Positions 34,555 to 43,475 of a stretch of DNA of 62,319 nt are shown here, in pieces. Numbering within the stretch: the stretch's first letter is position 1; each line of letters opens with the position of its first letter. Origin of the DNA: Minisyncoccota bacterium. GTDB taxonomy: Bacteria > Patescibacteriota > Minisyncoccia > Phycocordibacterales > UBA9973. The position numbers and the translations under genes are program-made. The notes under the pieces are model-generated. The model searched no databases. It worked only from the letters and a program-made list of their open reading frames with translations, and was not told the origin of the DNA. The stretch lies in NCBI GenBank assembly GCA_035510575.1, contig DATKGV010000006.1:1-62319 (forward strand). Direction: 5' to 3'.

Positions 34555-36261
34555 ATGTCAAGCAAAATAAGTGAAACCAAAACCTGTCAAAACTGCAAAA
34601 AAGACTTTATAATTGAGCCAGATGACTTTTCCTTTTATGAGAAAATAAAGGTTCCAGCGCCGACTTGGTGTCCGGAATGCAGGCAACAGCGTCGCTATGC
34701 TTGGCGTAATGAGAGAACTTTATATAGAAGGAATTGCGATTTATGCGGTAAAAGCACAGTTACTATATATTCGCCAAATAAAAATCTTAAAGTTTATTGT
34801 TTAAAATGTTGGTGGGGTGATGGATGGGATCCGGCTTCATATGGTCGTGATTTTGATTTTTCCAGATCATTTTTTGAGCAATATCATGAATTGCAACGTG
34901 AAGTTCCTAGAATGGCTGTTTTAAATGTAAATAGTGTTAATTCTGAATACACAAATCATTCAGGAGAAAATAAAAATGTATATTTATCTTTTTGCACTTT
35001 TGGATCAGAAGATGTTTCCCATTCTACTTGGGTTTTTGATTCAAGAAATTCCATGGATTGCAGTTATATTTATAGTGGAGGCGAAAGACTTTATGAATGT
35101 ATTGATTCACGTAAAGCCTACCATTGCCAATTTAGTTTTCTTTTAGAGAATTGTGTTGATTGTCTCTATTGTTATGATTGCCATGGATGCAATGATTGTT
35201 TTATGTCCTCAAACTTAAGAAACAAAAGCTATTATTTTAAAAATCAAAAATATACTCGTGAAGCATATTTAGAAAAAATAGCAGAATATAATTTAAGTTC
35301 ATATACAACGCGTGAAGAATTAAAAAAAGAATTTTTTGATTTTATGAAAAATAATTCTATTCATCGTTATGTAATAAGTGAACGAAATTATAATTGCAAT
35401 GGAAGTATGTTATTTAATAGTAAGAATTCAAATAATTGTTTTGATGCTGAAGAACTTGAAGATACAAAAAATATTTATGCCTCATTAAAATTAAAAAATT
35501 CAATGGATTTGTATCATGTTGGAAAATTCAGCGAACTCGCGTATGAAATTCAAGGAAGTAGAGGACTTTATAATAGTAAATCTTGCTATCTTTGTTATGA
35601 TAATCAAAACATAGAATATTCCGATTCTTGCCAGAACAGTCAAAATCTTTTTGGTTGTATTTCTATTAAGAAAGGCGAATATATGATTTTAAATAAAAAA
35701 TATAGTAAAGATGACTATTTAAAATTAAAAGAAAAGATTATTGAGCATATGAAAAAAACCGGGGAATATGGAGAATTTTTCCCGCCATCTGTTGCACCAG
35801 TTTGCTATAACGAATCGCAAGGGAATTATTATATGCCTGAGACAAAAGAAGAAATTTTATCTCGCGGTTGGCTTTGGGAAGATAAAGTTCCGGGAATTTT
35901 CGGCAAAGAAACTGTTCTTTCAGAAGAAATTCCAGATAGCATAGAAGAAGTGGGAGATGAAGCGCTTTCTTCAATCTATAAATGCATTGATTGCACGAAA
36001 AATTATAATATAATTCCTGATGAATTAACATTTTATCATCGCGAAAAAATTCCTTTGCCTCATAAATGCCCGGAGTGCCGTTATAAAGGACGTTTTACTA
36101 TCAGATTGCCTCGCAATCTCTGGCATAGATCATGCATGTGTGACAAAACTGGTCATTTTCACGGCGAAAATCATTGCCAAGTAGAATTTGAGACAAGCTA
36201 TGCGCCAGAAAGGCCGGAAATCGTCTATTGCGAGAAATGTTATCAACAGGAGGTGTATTAA
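34555..36261 (+). CDS. Cysteine-rich multi-zinc-ribbon protein (568 aa), unknown function
   Basis: N-terminal CQNC...CPEC...CDLC...CLKC. A central Cys-rich block CVDCLYCYDCHGCNDC. C-terminal CIDC...CPEC...CEKC. Confidence 0.7.
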   Translation: MSSKISETKTCQNCKKDFIIEPDDFSFYEKIKVPAPTWCPECRQQRRYAWRNERTLYRRNCDLCGKSTVTIYSPNKNLKVYCLKCWWGDGWDPASYGRDFDFSRSFFEQYHELQREVPRMAVLNVNSVNSEYTNHSGENKNVYLSFCTFGSEDVSHSTWVFDSRNSMDCSYIYSGGERLYECIDSRKAYHCQFSFLLENCVDCLYCYDCHGCNDCFMSSNLRNKSYYFKNQKYTREAYLEKIAEYNLSSYTTREELKKEFFDFMKNNSIHRYVISERNYNCNGSMLFNSKNSNNCFDAEELEDTKNIYASLKLKNSMDLYHVGKFSELAYEIQGSRGLYNSKSCYLCYDNQNIEYSDSCQNSQNLFGCISIKKGEYMILNKKYSKDDYLKLKEKIIEHMKKTGEYGEFFPPSVAPVCYNESQGNYYMPETKEEILSRGWLWEDKVPGIFGKETVLSEEIPDSIEEVGDEALSSIYKCIDCTKNYNIIPDELTFYHREKIPLPHKCPECRYKGRFTIRLPRNLWHRSCMCDKTGHFHGENHCQVEFETSYAPERPEIVYCEKCYQQEVY

Positions 36262-36281
36262 ATCGTAAATTTTGTATGAAA

Positions 36282-36320
36282 AGCCCCGAAAAAATTTTCA
36301 ATTTTTTCGGGGCTGGCTTT
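36282..36320 (+). terminator. Intrinsic terminator
   Basis: agccccgaaaaaa / ttttttcggggct 13-bp stem. Confidence 0.7.
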
Positions 36321-36466
36321 TCCCAAAAACTCCATCAAAAAATACGCTATCCTAGAACGATTTTTTAGGATTGTTGCGCAAGAATATTGACGAGTTCTGC
36401 AAGGCATTTCAGATAGAGTAATCTTGCATGCAAAGCTCTTGTAATAAAATTTAAAGAAGGAGTATA

Positions 36467-36505
36467 ATGAACTTCCAAACATTGGGAGATCGCATTATCA
36501 GCTAA
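36467..36505 (+). CDS. 12-codon upstream ORF MNFQTLGDRIIS with a strong SD, ending 12 nt before the nrdJ ATG
   Basis: aaggag lies 5 nt upstream of ATG 36467. nrdJ has no visible SD of its own. Confidence 0.3.
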   Translation: MNFQTLGDRIIS

Positions 36506-36517
36506 AATTTTACAAAC

Positions 36518-38911
36518 ATGCCTTCAAAAAAGAAAATGCCAGTTGCAAAAAAAGCGGCAAGAAAAATAATCAGCGCAAAAACCGGCGAAAAAGCGCCTGA
36601 AGCCGCAAAAGTTGTAAAAACAGCCGTTAAGAATGATTTTATCAAGAGCGTTCAAAAAAGGGATGGCACAATTGTCCCTTTTAACATTGAAAAAATCAAG
36701 AATGCTATTAATAAAGCCATGCTTGCCTCAGGCGAAGGGTCTCCTCGCGATGCGGAACTGGTTTCCAATCGAGTTTTAATGGAATTGGTTCGCATTAAGA
36801 AGAAGCACAAGAACTTCATACCGACTGTTGAAGGCATTCAGGACACTGTTGAGCAGGAATTGATGCTTTCCGACTACGTAAAAACGTCAAAGAATTATAT
36901 TCTTTATCGCGAGGAAAGATCAAGATTGCGCGCTCATGGCATTACCGTGCCAAAGCATGTAAAGGACTTGACTGAGAAAAGTAAAAAGTATTTCAAAACC
37001 CCGCTTGGCGAGTTTGTTTATTTCCGAAGCTACTCAAAATGGATTCCGGAAGAAGGGCGCCGCGAAACATGGATAGAAACAGTTGATCGTTATGTGGCTT
37101 TCATGAAAGAAAATCTCGGCAATAAATTAAAATCGTCCGAATATGAAGAAATAAAAAATTATATTCTCGATAATAAAGCAATGCCGTCCATGCGCCTGCT
37201 CCAGTTCGCCGGCAAAGCCGCAAATGCCACCAATGTCTGCGCTTACAATTGCTCATTCATCGCGCCGGCTAGTTTCCAAGATATTGCCGAGATCATGTAC
37301 ATATCAATGTGCGGCACCGGTGCCGGCTGGTCTGTTGAAAGTCAGAATGTGCAGAAGCTTCCCCAGATCAAAATCCAAAATGGAGAAAAATTGCCGACGC
37401 ATGTTATCGCTGACAGCAAAGAGGGCTGGTCTGATGCTTTTGCTCTCGGCATGAGAACTTGGGCGGACGGCAAAGATATTGATTTTGATTTTTCAAAACT
37501 TCGCCCGGCTGGCGCGCGCCTCATGACCATGGGTGGCAAAAGTTCAGGTCCTGATCCGCTTCGCAGATTATTATTATTTACTCGAAGCAAATTCTTTTCA
37601 AAGCAGGGACGCCGTCTTTCTAATTTGGATGTTCATGACATCATTTGCATGGTGGGAGATTGCGTTGTATCCGGCGGCGTGCGCCGAAGCGCGATGATTT
37701 CACTTTCTGATCTTGATGATAATGATGTTCGCGATGCGAAGAAAGGCCAATTTTATCTGACTGATCCCCACAGATCTCTTGCCAATAATTCAGCCGTTTA
37801 TCTTGAGAAGCCCAATGCCACGCAATTCTTAGACGAATGGATGTCCCTTATGAAGTCAGGAAGCGGCGAAAGAGGTATATTTAATCGCGGTTCTCTTGCT
37901 AAAACCTTGCCCCAGCGCCGAGTTGATTATCTTAGATCAGAAGGCTATTTTGACGCGTCCGGCGAGCGCATTGTCGGCTCCATAGGCACAAATCCATGCG
38001 GGGAAATAATCTTGCAATCAAAGCAATTTTGCAACCTTTCTGAGGTTATCTGCCGCGGAAATGATACAAAAGAGTCGCTTTTGAATAAGGTCCGCATTGC
38101 GACAATTCTTGGAACCTATCAGTCATCACTCACTAATTTCTCATATCTTTCCAAAGAGTGGAAGGAACATTGCGAAGCTGAGCGTCTTTTAGGCGTGTCT
38201 CTGACCGGCCAGTGGGATTGCCCAGCTGTCCGCAATGCCGAAGTTCTTAAGTCCTTGAAAGATGAGGCAATAAAAGTCAACAAAATTTACGCCAAGCGTT
38301 TCGGCATCAATCCATCGATGGCAATTACTTGCGTCAAGCCGTCAGGCACCGTCTCCAAGACATTCGATACCGGCTCGGGCATGCATCCGCGCCATGCGCC
38401 ATATTACATCCAGCGCATCCGCATTTCCGCAACTGATTCATTATTCAAGATGCTGAGAGATCAAGGCGTGCCTTATCATCCGGAAGTCGGCCAAACAATG
38501 GAAGATGCCAATACTTACGTGATGGAATTTCCGATGAAATCGCCGGACGGCTCGATTTTCAAAAATGATTTGTCGTCTATCGACCAGCTTAAGCATTGGA
38601 AGATAGTCAAAGAAAATTACACGGAGCATAATCCTTCGGTTACGATTTCAGTCGGCGAAGACGAGTGGCTGACAGTTGCGAACTGGATATATGAGAACTG
38701 GGATATCATCGGCGGCCTTTCATTCTTGCCTAGATCAAATCATGTATATCGGCTGGCTCCTTATGAGGAAATCACTAAAGAGCAATATGAAACTCTGATG
38801 GAAAAATTCCCAGAGATTGATTATTCTAAAATCATTACTTACGAAAAAGTTGATGAAACCGAACAAAAGCGCGAGCTTGCCTGCGTGGCCGGGGTCTGCG
38901 AGATAGTTTAA
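36518..38911 (+). CDS. nrdJ: Class II (adenosylcobalamin-dependent) ribonucleotide reductase with an N-terminal ATP-cone
   Basis: ATP-cone VQKRDGTIVPFNIEKIKNAINKA. Active-site GTNPCGEI. C-terminal Cys pair ACVAGVCEIV. Single ~800-aa chain with no beta-subunit gene nearby. Confidence 0.8.
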   Translation: MPSKKKMPVAKKAARKIISAKTGEKAPEAAKVVKTAVKNDFIKSVQKRDGTIVPFNIEKIKNAINKAMLASGEGSPRDAELVSNRVLMELVRIKKKHKNFIPTVEGIQDTVEQELMLSDYVKTSKNYILYREERSRLRAHGITVPKHVKDLTEKSKKYFKTPLGEFVYFRSYSKWIPEEGRRETWIETVDRYVAFMKENLGNKLKSSEYEEIKNYILDNKAMPSMRLLQFAGKAANATNVCAYNCSFIAPASFQDIAEIMYISMCGTGAGWSVESQNVQKLPQIKIQNGEKLPTHVIADSKEGWSDAFALGMRTWADGKDIDFDFSKLRPAGARLMTMGGKSSGPDPLRRLLLFTRSKFFSKQGRRLSNLDVHDIICMVGDCVVSGGVRRSAMISLSDLDDNDVRDAKKGQFYLTDPHRSLANNSAVYLEKPNATQFLDEWMSLMKSGSGERGIFNRGSLAKTLPQRRVDYLRSEGYFDASGERIVGSIGTNPCGEIILQSKQFCNLSEVICRGNDTKESLLNKVRIATILGTYQSSLTNFSYLSKEWKEHCEAERLLGVSLTGQWDCPAVRNAEVLKSLKDEAIKVNKIYAKRFGINPSMAITCVKPSGTVSKTFDTGSGMHPRHAPYYIQRIRISATDSLFKMLRDQGVPYHPEVGQTMEDANTYVMEFPMKSPDGSIFKNDLSSIDQLKHWKIVKENYTEHNPSVTISVGEDEWLTVANWIYENWDIIGGLSFLPRSNHVYRLAPYEEITKEQYETLMEKFPEIDYSKIITYEKVDETEQKRELACVAGVCEIV

Positions 38912-38922
38912 ATTAAAATTGC

Positions 38923-39447
38923 ATGAAAAAAAATTATTTTAAATATATCGTCTTATTCGTCGCGGCGCTGATTGTCAGATTATTGCCGTTTCGCGCTCCG
39001 AACTTGGAGCCGATTATGTCCATGCAAATGCCATTAGCAAAAATGTATGGCGGATTGTCTGCGTTTGTATTTGGCTTTATGTCGATAGCGGTTTATGACT
39101 CGTTTACAGCCGGCCTTGGTGTCTGGACATGGATTTCCGCCGTTGCTTACGGACTTGTCGGTCTTGGCGCCAGAACTTATTTGAAAAATCGCTCATCAAA
39201 TTGGAAAAACTATGCTATTTACGCCATAATAGGCACAATTTCTTTTGATGCTTTGACTGGCCTTACGCTTGGACCGATATTCTTCGGCCAAGCATTTATT
39301 ATGGCGCTCCTTGGTCAGATACCATTTACCGCTATCCACTTGCTTGGCAATGTATCATTTGCTATAGTTCTCTCACCGGTGATTGCAAAATGGATAGAGA
39401 GAAGTGAAAGTGTTTCTGTTGCTGTTCCGGAAACAGTTAGAGTTTAA
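38923..39447 (+). CDS. Small 5-6 TM membrane protein (possible vitamin-transporter S-component-like)
   Basis: Hydrophobic 174-aa ORF 11 nt downstream of nrdJ. The function is inferred from context only. Confidence 0.4.
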   Translation: MKKNYFKYIVLFVAALIVRLLPFRAPNLEPIMSMQMPLAKMYGGLSAFVFGFMSIAVYDSFTAGLGVWTWISAVAYGLVGLGARTYLKNRSSNWKNYAIYAIIGTISFDALTGLTLGPIFFGQAFIMALLGQIPFTAIHLLGNVSFAIVLSPVIAKWIERSESVSVAVPETVRV

Positions 39448-39475
39448 TTCATTTAAAATTTAAAACTTTTGTATT

Positions 39476-39605
39476 TGGAAGTGAGGTTTACCCGCGCCTT
39501 AGGCGGGGTGCATTCCTCCACTGTGCCGCAACGGTAAAGCCCCATATGGGGACAAGTCCGATCTTTATGCAGAAGCGTTCGTCCCGAGCAGGAATGTACA
39601 TATTT
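39476..39605 (+). promoter_or_regulatory. Cobalamin riboswitch (probable)
   Basis: ggcGGGGTGCATTCCTCCACTGTGCCGCAACGGTAAAGCC matches the conserved GGUG..A.UCC...CUG..CCGCAACGGUAA core. A degenerate B12-box-like AAGTCCGATC lies downstream, followed by a terminator. Confidence 0.6.
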
Positions 39606-39611
39606 TGTATT

Positions 39612-39638
39612 AAAAACTCCCGCTCGGCGGGAGTTTTT
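39612..39638 (+). terminator. Riboswitch expression-platform terminator
   Basis: aaaaactcccgc-tcg-gcgggagttttt. Confidence 0.75.
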
Positions 39639-39662
39639 AATTATTAATTTTTAGAGAATGTC

Positions 39663-40109
39663 ATGAAGAAAAATAAATCATACATATATATATTTCTTAT
39701 CCTTATTATTTGCATATCAATCAGTGTTTTTGCTTTCGTGAAATTTTCCCCTACTCCAGGTGTAGGGGATATCCCCTACACCTGGAGTAGGGGAATAAAT
39801 CAAAATGTTTCGACAAGCGATACAGTTACGCTCATTGCGCAAAATAAAACATACACTATCCAAATAAAAAATGGTAATACAGTATATGATGCTATGAATA
39901 CTCTAGAAAACACCAAAGGAAGCAATTTTACATTTCATACAAAAGAATATTCAGGTCTTGGAAATTTTATTGATGATATAAACGGATCAAAGGGAACCCC
40001 CGGCAATTATTGGATTTATTATGTTAATAATAAAGAAGCGCCGATTGGCATTTCAAAATACGTTCTCAAGTCGGGGGACGTTATTTCTTGGGAACAAGGA
40101 GCATTTTAA
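39663..40109 (+). CDS. DUF4430 (transcobalamin beta-domain-like) secreted protein
   Basis: Signal/TM helix, then GNFIDDINGSKGTPGNYWIYYVNNKEAPIGISKYVLKSGDVISW. Confidence 0.7.
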   Translation: MKKNKSYIYIFLILIICISISVFAFVKFSPTPGVGDIPYTWSRGINQNVSTSDTVTLIAQNKTYTIQIKNGNTVYDAMNTLENTKGSNFTFHTKEYSGLGNFIDDINGSKGTPGNYWIYYVNNKEAPIGISKYVLKSGDVISWEQGAF

Positions 40110-40114
40110 AGCCT

Positions 40115-41674
40115 ATGAAAAATAAAATTATTTTAACAACAGTCATAAGTTTAGCAATCTTTTGCATTTTTGGGAAAGCGCAGGCGGACACAATGGTTCA
40201 TCTTGATATTGAAGGACCAAACGGAGCGATTTATAACCAAAATATCTCTGTTGCGCCTTGCGATAGCGATCATCATGGAGCTATGCAAATTACAGCATAT
40301 TGCGCAATTCTGCAATCAGGAGTTCCAAGCGTATGGGATTGGACATGGCCACCGGGAGCTTTTGTAACTTCTATTAATAATATTGCTGGTTATACAAGCA
40401 AAGATGCCGGCAATAATGATGTGTACCACTATTGGAATTGGTCAGTAAATGGAATTGATGGAACAACCGGCTTGAATGAATATGAATTACAATCCAATGA
40501 TTCTATTTTGTTGAATTTTATAGATCCTGACAGTTCAACTGTCAATCAAGGAGGCCTGCCGTTAGAAATTGCTCCGATATTTTCCGTTGGCAAAGCTAAT
40601 TCTTTTTTGGCTTCAAATCAAAAATCTGATAGTTCGTTCGGAGATATGCTTTATACCGACTGGGTGGCTATTTCTGTCGGCGCTTCTTCTGGCAATACTT
40701 CTTTTTTTTCATCTTTAAAAAACTTTTTACAGAACAATATTTTTAATTCATCTGTCGTGACAGACAACGAACGCCATGCTCTGGCTCTCATGGCCCTTGG
40801 CATAAATCCATATGATGGAACAAGCGTAAATTATATTAAAAAAATTACCGATTCATTTGATGGGACGCAAATAGGCGATCCAACGCTGGTAAATGACGAT
40901 ATTTTTGGATTGATTGTCTTATCAAAAGCCGGATATATGCAAAATGATGAAATTATTTTAAAAGATATCAATTATATTTTAAGCAAGCAAGAAAACAACG
41001 GCTCATGGAGCGGAAGCGCAGATATGACTTCGGCAGGAATACAAGCGTTGCACATTTACTCTAATGTTTCTGGAATTGCAAACGCAATTGCAAAAGCCGA
41101 AAATTATTTAATCCAGAATCAAAATCAAAATGATGGCGGTTTTGGCAATAATTTTTCTACAAGCTGGGCTCTTCAAGCTTTATCTTTAGATCCATCCCTT
41201 TCAAATGCCACAAGCAAAGCTGATGCTTATCTTGCCAATAATCAGCAAAATGACGGCGGTATGGAAGATTTAACTTCCGATGCTTCAAATCGAATTTGGT
41301 CGACGGCTTATGCTATACCAGCCATCCTTCATAAAAGCTTTAGCGATAGTGTCCAATCATTTTCAAAATATATTCCTCCTGTGCCTGATCCTACTGCTTC
41401 AGCTCCAATTGAAGAAAATATTATCACTGTCCAAAAAGAAATTATTATTCCGCCAATATCGGCAAAAATTGCAGGAAACATAAAAATTAAACAGCCTCCT
41501 AAAATTGCTATTTTTAAAAATAAATCAATAAAACCAGTTTCAGAAAATATAAATCTTTCTGCCAGCGCGGCTGATGCATCATCGAATCATGGTTTGTCAC
41601 ATAACGTTGCGCATTCCGTTGCAAGCGCTATATTAGCTCCGTTTAGATGGCTTTTAGTTCATTTGGGATTCTGA
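40115..41674 (+). CDS. Secreted DUF4430 domain fused to prenyltransferase/terpene-cyclase-like alpha-toroid repeats
   Basis: Signal peptide MKNKIILTTVISLAIFCIFGKAQA. FVTSINNIAGY...YWNWSVNGIDG...YELQSNDSILLNF. Repeats NGSWSG..MTSAGIQAL, DGGFGNN.STSWALQAL, DGGMEDL...WSTAYAI. Confidence 0.65.
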   Translation: MKNKIILTTVISLAIFCIFGKAQADTMVHLDIEGPNGAIYNQNISVAPCDSDHHGAMQITAYCAILQSGVPSVWDWTWPPGAFVTSINNIAGYTSKDAGNNDVYHYWNWSVNGIDGTTGLNEYELQSNDSILLNFIDPDSSTVNQGGLPLEIAPIFSVGKANSFLASNQKSDSSFGDMLYTDWVAISVGASSGNTSFFSSLKNFLQNNIFNSSVVTDNERHALALMALGINPYDGTSVNYIKKITDSFDGTQIGDPTLVNDDIFGLIVLSKAGYMQNDEIILKDINYILSKQENNGSWSGSADMTSAGIQALHIYSNVSGIANAIAKAENYLIQNQNQNDGGFGNNFSTSWALQALSLDPSLSNATSKADAYLANNQQNDGGMEDLTSDASNRIWSTAYAIPAILHKSFSDSVQSFSKYIPPVPDPTASAPIEENIITVQKEIIIPPISAKIAGNIKIKQPPKIAIFKNKSIKPVSENINLSASAADASSNHGLSHNVAHSVASAILAPFRWLLVHLGF

Positions 41675-41686
41675 TATAATGAACTT

Positions 41687-42256
41687 ATGAAATCAAAAAA
41701 GACAATATTTATATTATCAATAGCTGTTATCGTCATTGTTGTTATAGGCCTAGGAGTGTTAATGAATGGCCCGTCCAAGCCCGGCAAGCTTGATGACTTT
41801 GCCAAAAGCTTGAAATCAAACGGAGCCGAATTCTACGGCGCATTCTGGTGCCCGCATTGCCAAGCTCAAAAAGCCGAATTCGGCTCGTCGGAAAAATATC
41901 TTCCATATATAGAATGCTCGAATCCGGACAATACTCCCACGCAGATCTGCATTGATAAGAAAATTGAGGGATATCCGACATGGAAATTCAAGAATGGCAT
42001 TACTATAAATTCCAGTTCTGCTCCTATTGTTTGCCAAGTTAAACCTGGCGTAAAAGGAGAATCGGAGCTTTGTACCAATGTCTCATCGCAATACTACAAG
42101 ACGTGGATATTCCCTGAATATCAATTCTCCATCAAGAGTCCGACAGATCCTATAAAGGCCGGCAATGTTTGGAAATTCCCATCTGAAGCCGAAGCAACAG
42201 GAGAAATACCTCTGTCATTTTTGGCGCAGCAAATCGGTTACACTCTCCCTCAATGA
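41687..42256 (+). CDS. Membrane-anchored thioredoxin-like protein (VKOR-partner-type CxxC)
   Basis: TM anchor, then FYGAFWCPHCQAQKAEFG. Confidence 0.7.
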   Translation: MKSKKTIFILSIAVIVIVVIGLGVLMNGPSKPGKLDDFAKSLKSNGAEFYGAFWCPHCQAQKAEFGSSEKYLPYIECSNPDNTPTQICIDKKIEGYPTWKFKNGITINSSSAPIVCQVKPGVKGESELCTNVSSQYYKTWIFPEYQFSIKSPTDPIKAGNVWKFPSEAEATGEIPLSFLAQQIGYTLPQ

Positions 42257-42259
42257 AAT

Positions 42260-42805
42260 ATGCCATCATATCTTGAAACATTAAATCAATTACTTTCTGT
42301 CGGTATAATTATCCTACAGATTATAATTATAGTTATTGCTGTTAATTTAATATTTTTCCGATCGCGCAATAATATTACACTTATATTTTTCAAGAGATAT
42401 GGATTTTATTTTGGTTTTATTGTTGCTTTAAGTTCTGTTTTTATAAGTCTTTTTTATTCCAATGTCATTGGCTTTCCGCCATGCGAGCTTTGCTGGATCC
42501 AGCGCATTTTCCTCTATCCGCAGGCAATTCTTTTCGGGATGGAATTATACAAGCGCGATAAAACTATGGTTGATTACAGCATAGCTCTGGCAATTTTCGG
42601 TTCGTTGGTTTCCCTTTATCATGTCTATGTAGAAAATGGCGGATCATCATCTCTGGCTTGCGCGAACGGTTTAACCCATCAAATATCTTGCGCTACTCGT
42701 TATGTCTATGAATTTAGCTATATAACCATACCCATAATGGCGTTGACTACTTCACTTTTTATAATTACATTACTTGTGAATTATAAATATATGTCTCGTC
42801 AGTAA
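42260..42805 (+). CDS. DsbB/BdbC-family disulfide bond formation protein
   Basis: FPPCELCWIQRIFLYP and a second Cys pair (LACANG...ISCATRY) in a 4-TM protein. Confidence 0.75.
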   Translation: MPSYLETLNQLLSVGIIILQIIIIVIAVNLIFFRSRNNITLIFFKRYGFYFGFIVALSSVFISLFYSNVIGFPPCELCWIQRIFLYPQAILFGMELYKRDKTMVDYSIALAIFGSLVSLYHVYVENGGSSSLACANGLTHQISCATRYVYEFSYITIPIMALTTSLFIITLLVNYKYMSRQ

Positions 42806-42840
42806 TTTTTATTAATGATCTTTGTTTAAAATTTTAGTAT

Positions 42841-42888
42841 ACAAAATCAACGGCCGTATAAAATGTATACTAATTTATATTAAATCAT
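42841..42888. repeat. ~48-nt direct repeat, copy 1 (partner 43369-43416)
   Basis: acaaaatcaacggccgtataaaatgtatactaat... vs acaatttcaacggccgtgtaaagtgtatactaat... Confidence 0.8.
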
Positions 42889-43360
42889 CTTCTGTTGCTT
42901 TGAAGAATTTTATATATTGTAAAAGTTTTTCTTTTTGGAGATAGATTATAAATTCTTTTGGAAGTGTTGGCCCAAACCAAACGCTTTGTTGTACAAAATC
43001 AAATCCAAATTCAATAAGTTCATGACGAAACCAATCGCGATATTTTCTTTTTTTCTCAGGAATATCAAAAATAACCATAGTTGTTTTGACTTGTTTTATT
43101 TTTGGCCTTTCAGGAGCAAAAGAAATAATGGCCGAATTCTTTTGTAATAGAATTTCTTTCCCAAGTGGGGTAATTCGCCAAGTTTTATTCTTATTAGATA
43201 ATAATCCCTTTTTCTTTAATCTTGAAAGTGTTCCTTTTATACTTGTCTCACTTTCTTTACTATTGAAACCATTTTCATATAAAAGTGAATAGATCGTTTT
43301 ATATCCACCAGGATAATTACTAACAGTTTTTAATATTGATTTAACTAGACTCATATACAT
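42875..43360 (-). CDS. wHTH plus ferredoxin-like (PaaX/Cas2-fold-like) putative regulator
   Basis: N-terminal wHTH-like region (TLSRLKKKGLL...WRITPLGKE). C-terminal MVIFDIPEKKRKYRDWFRHELIEFGFDFVQQSVWFGP resembles the PaaX middle domain / Cas2 fold. ATG 43360 (or 43354) is preferred over the tracked TTG 43378 because TGTATAAT lies just upstream. Confidence 0.45.
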   Translation of the reverse strand: MYMSLVKSILKTVSNYPGGYKTIYSLLYENGFNSKESETSIKGTLSRLKKKGLLSNKNKTWRITPLGKEILLQKNSAIISFAPERPKIKQVKTTMVIFDIPEKKRKYRDWFRHELIEFGFDFVQQSVWFGPTLPKEFIIYLQKEKLLQYIKFFKATEDDLI

Positions 43361-43368
43361 AATATTAT

Positions 43369-43416
43369 ACAATTTCAACGGCCGTGTAAAGTGTATACTA
43401 ATGATGTTTAAATCAT
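43369..43416. repeat. ~48-nt direct repeat, copy 2
   Basis: See copy 1. Confidence 0.8.
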
Positions 43417-43475
43417 TATATTGTAAGGTGTATTTTGAACATTAGTTTTATTAAGATTTGTGATAAAATGTAGTT

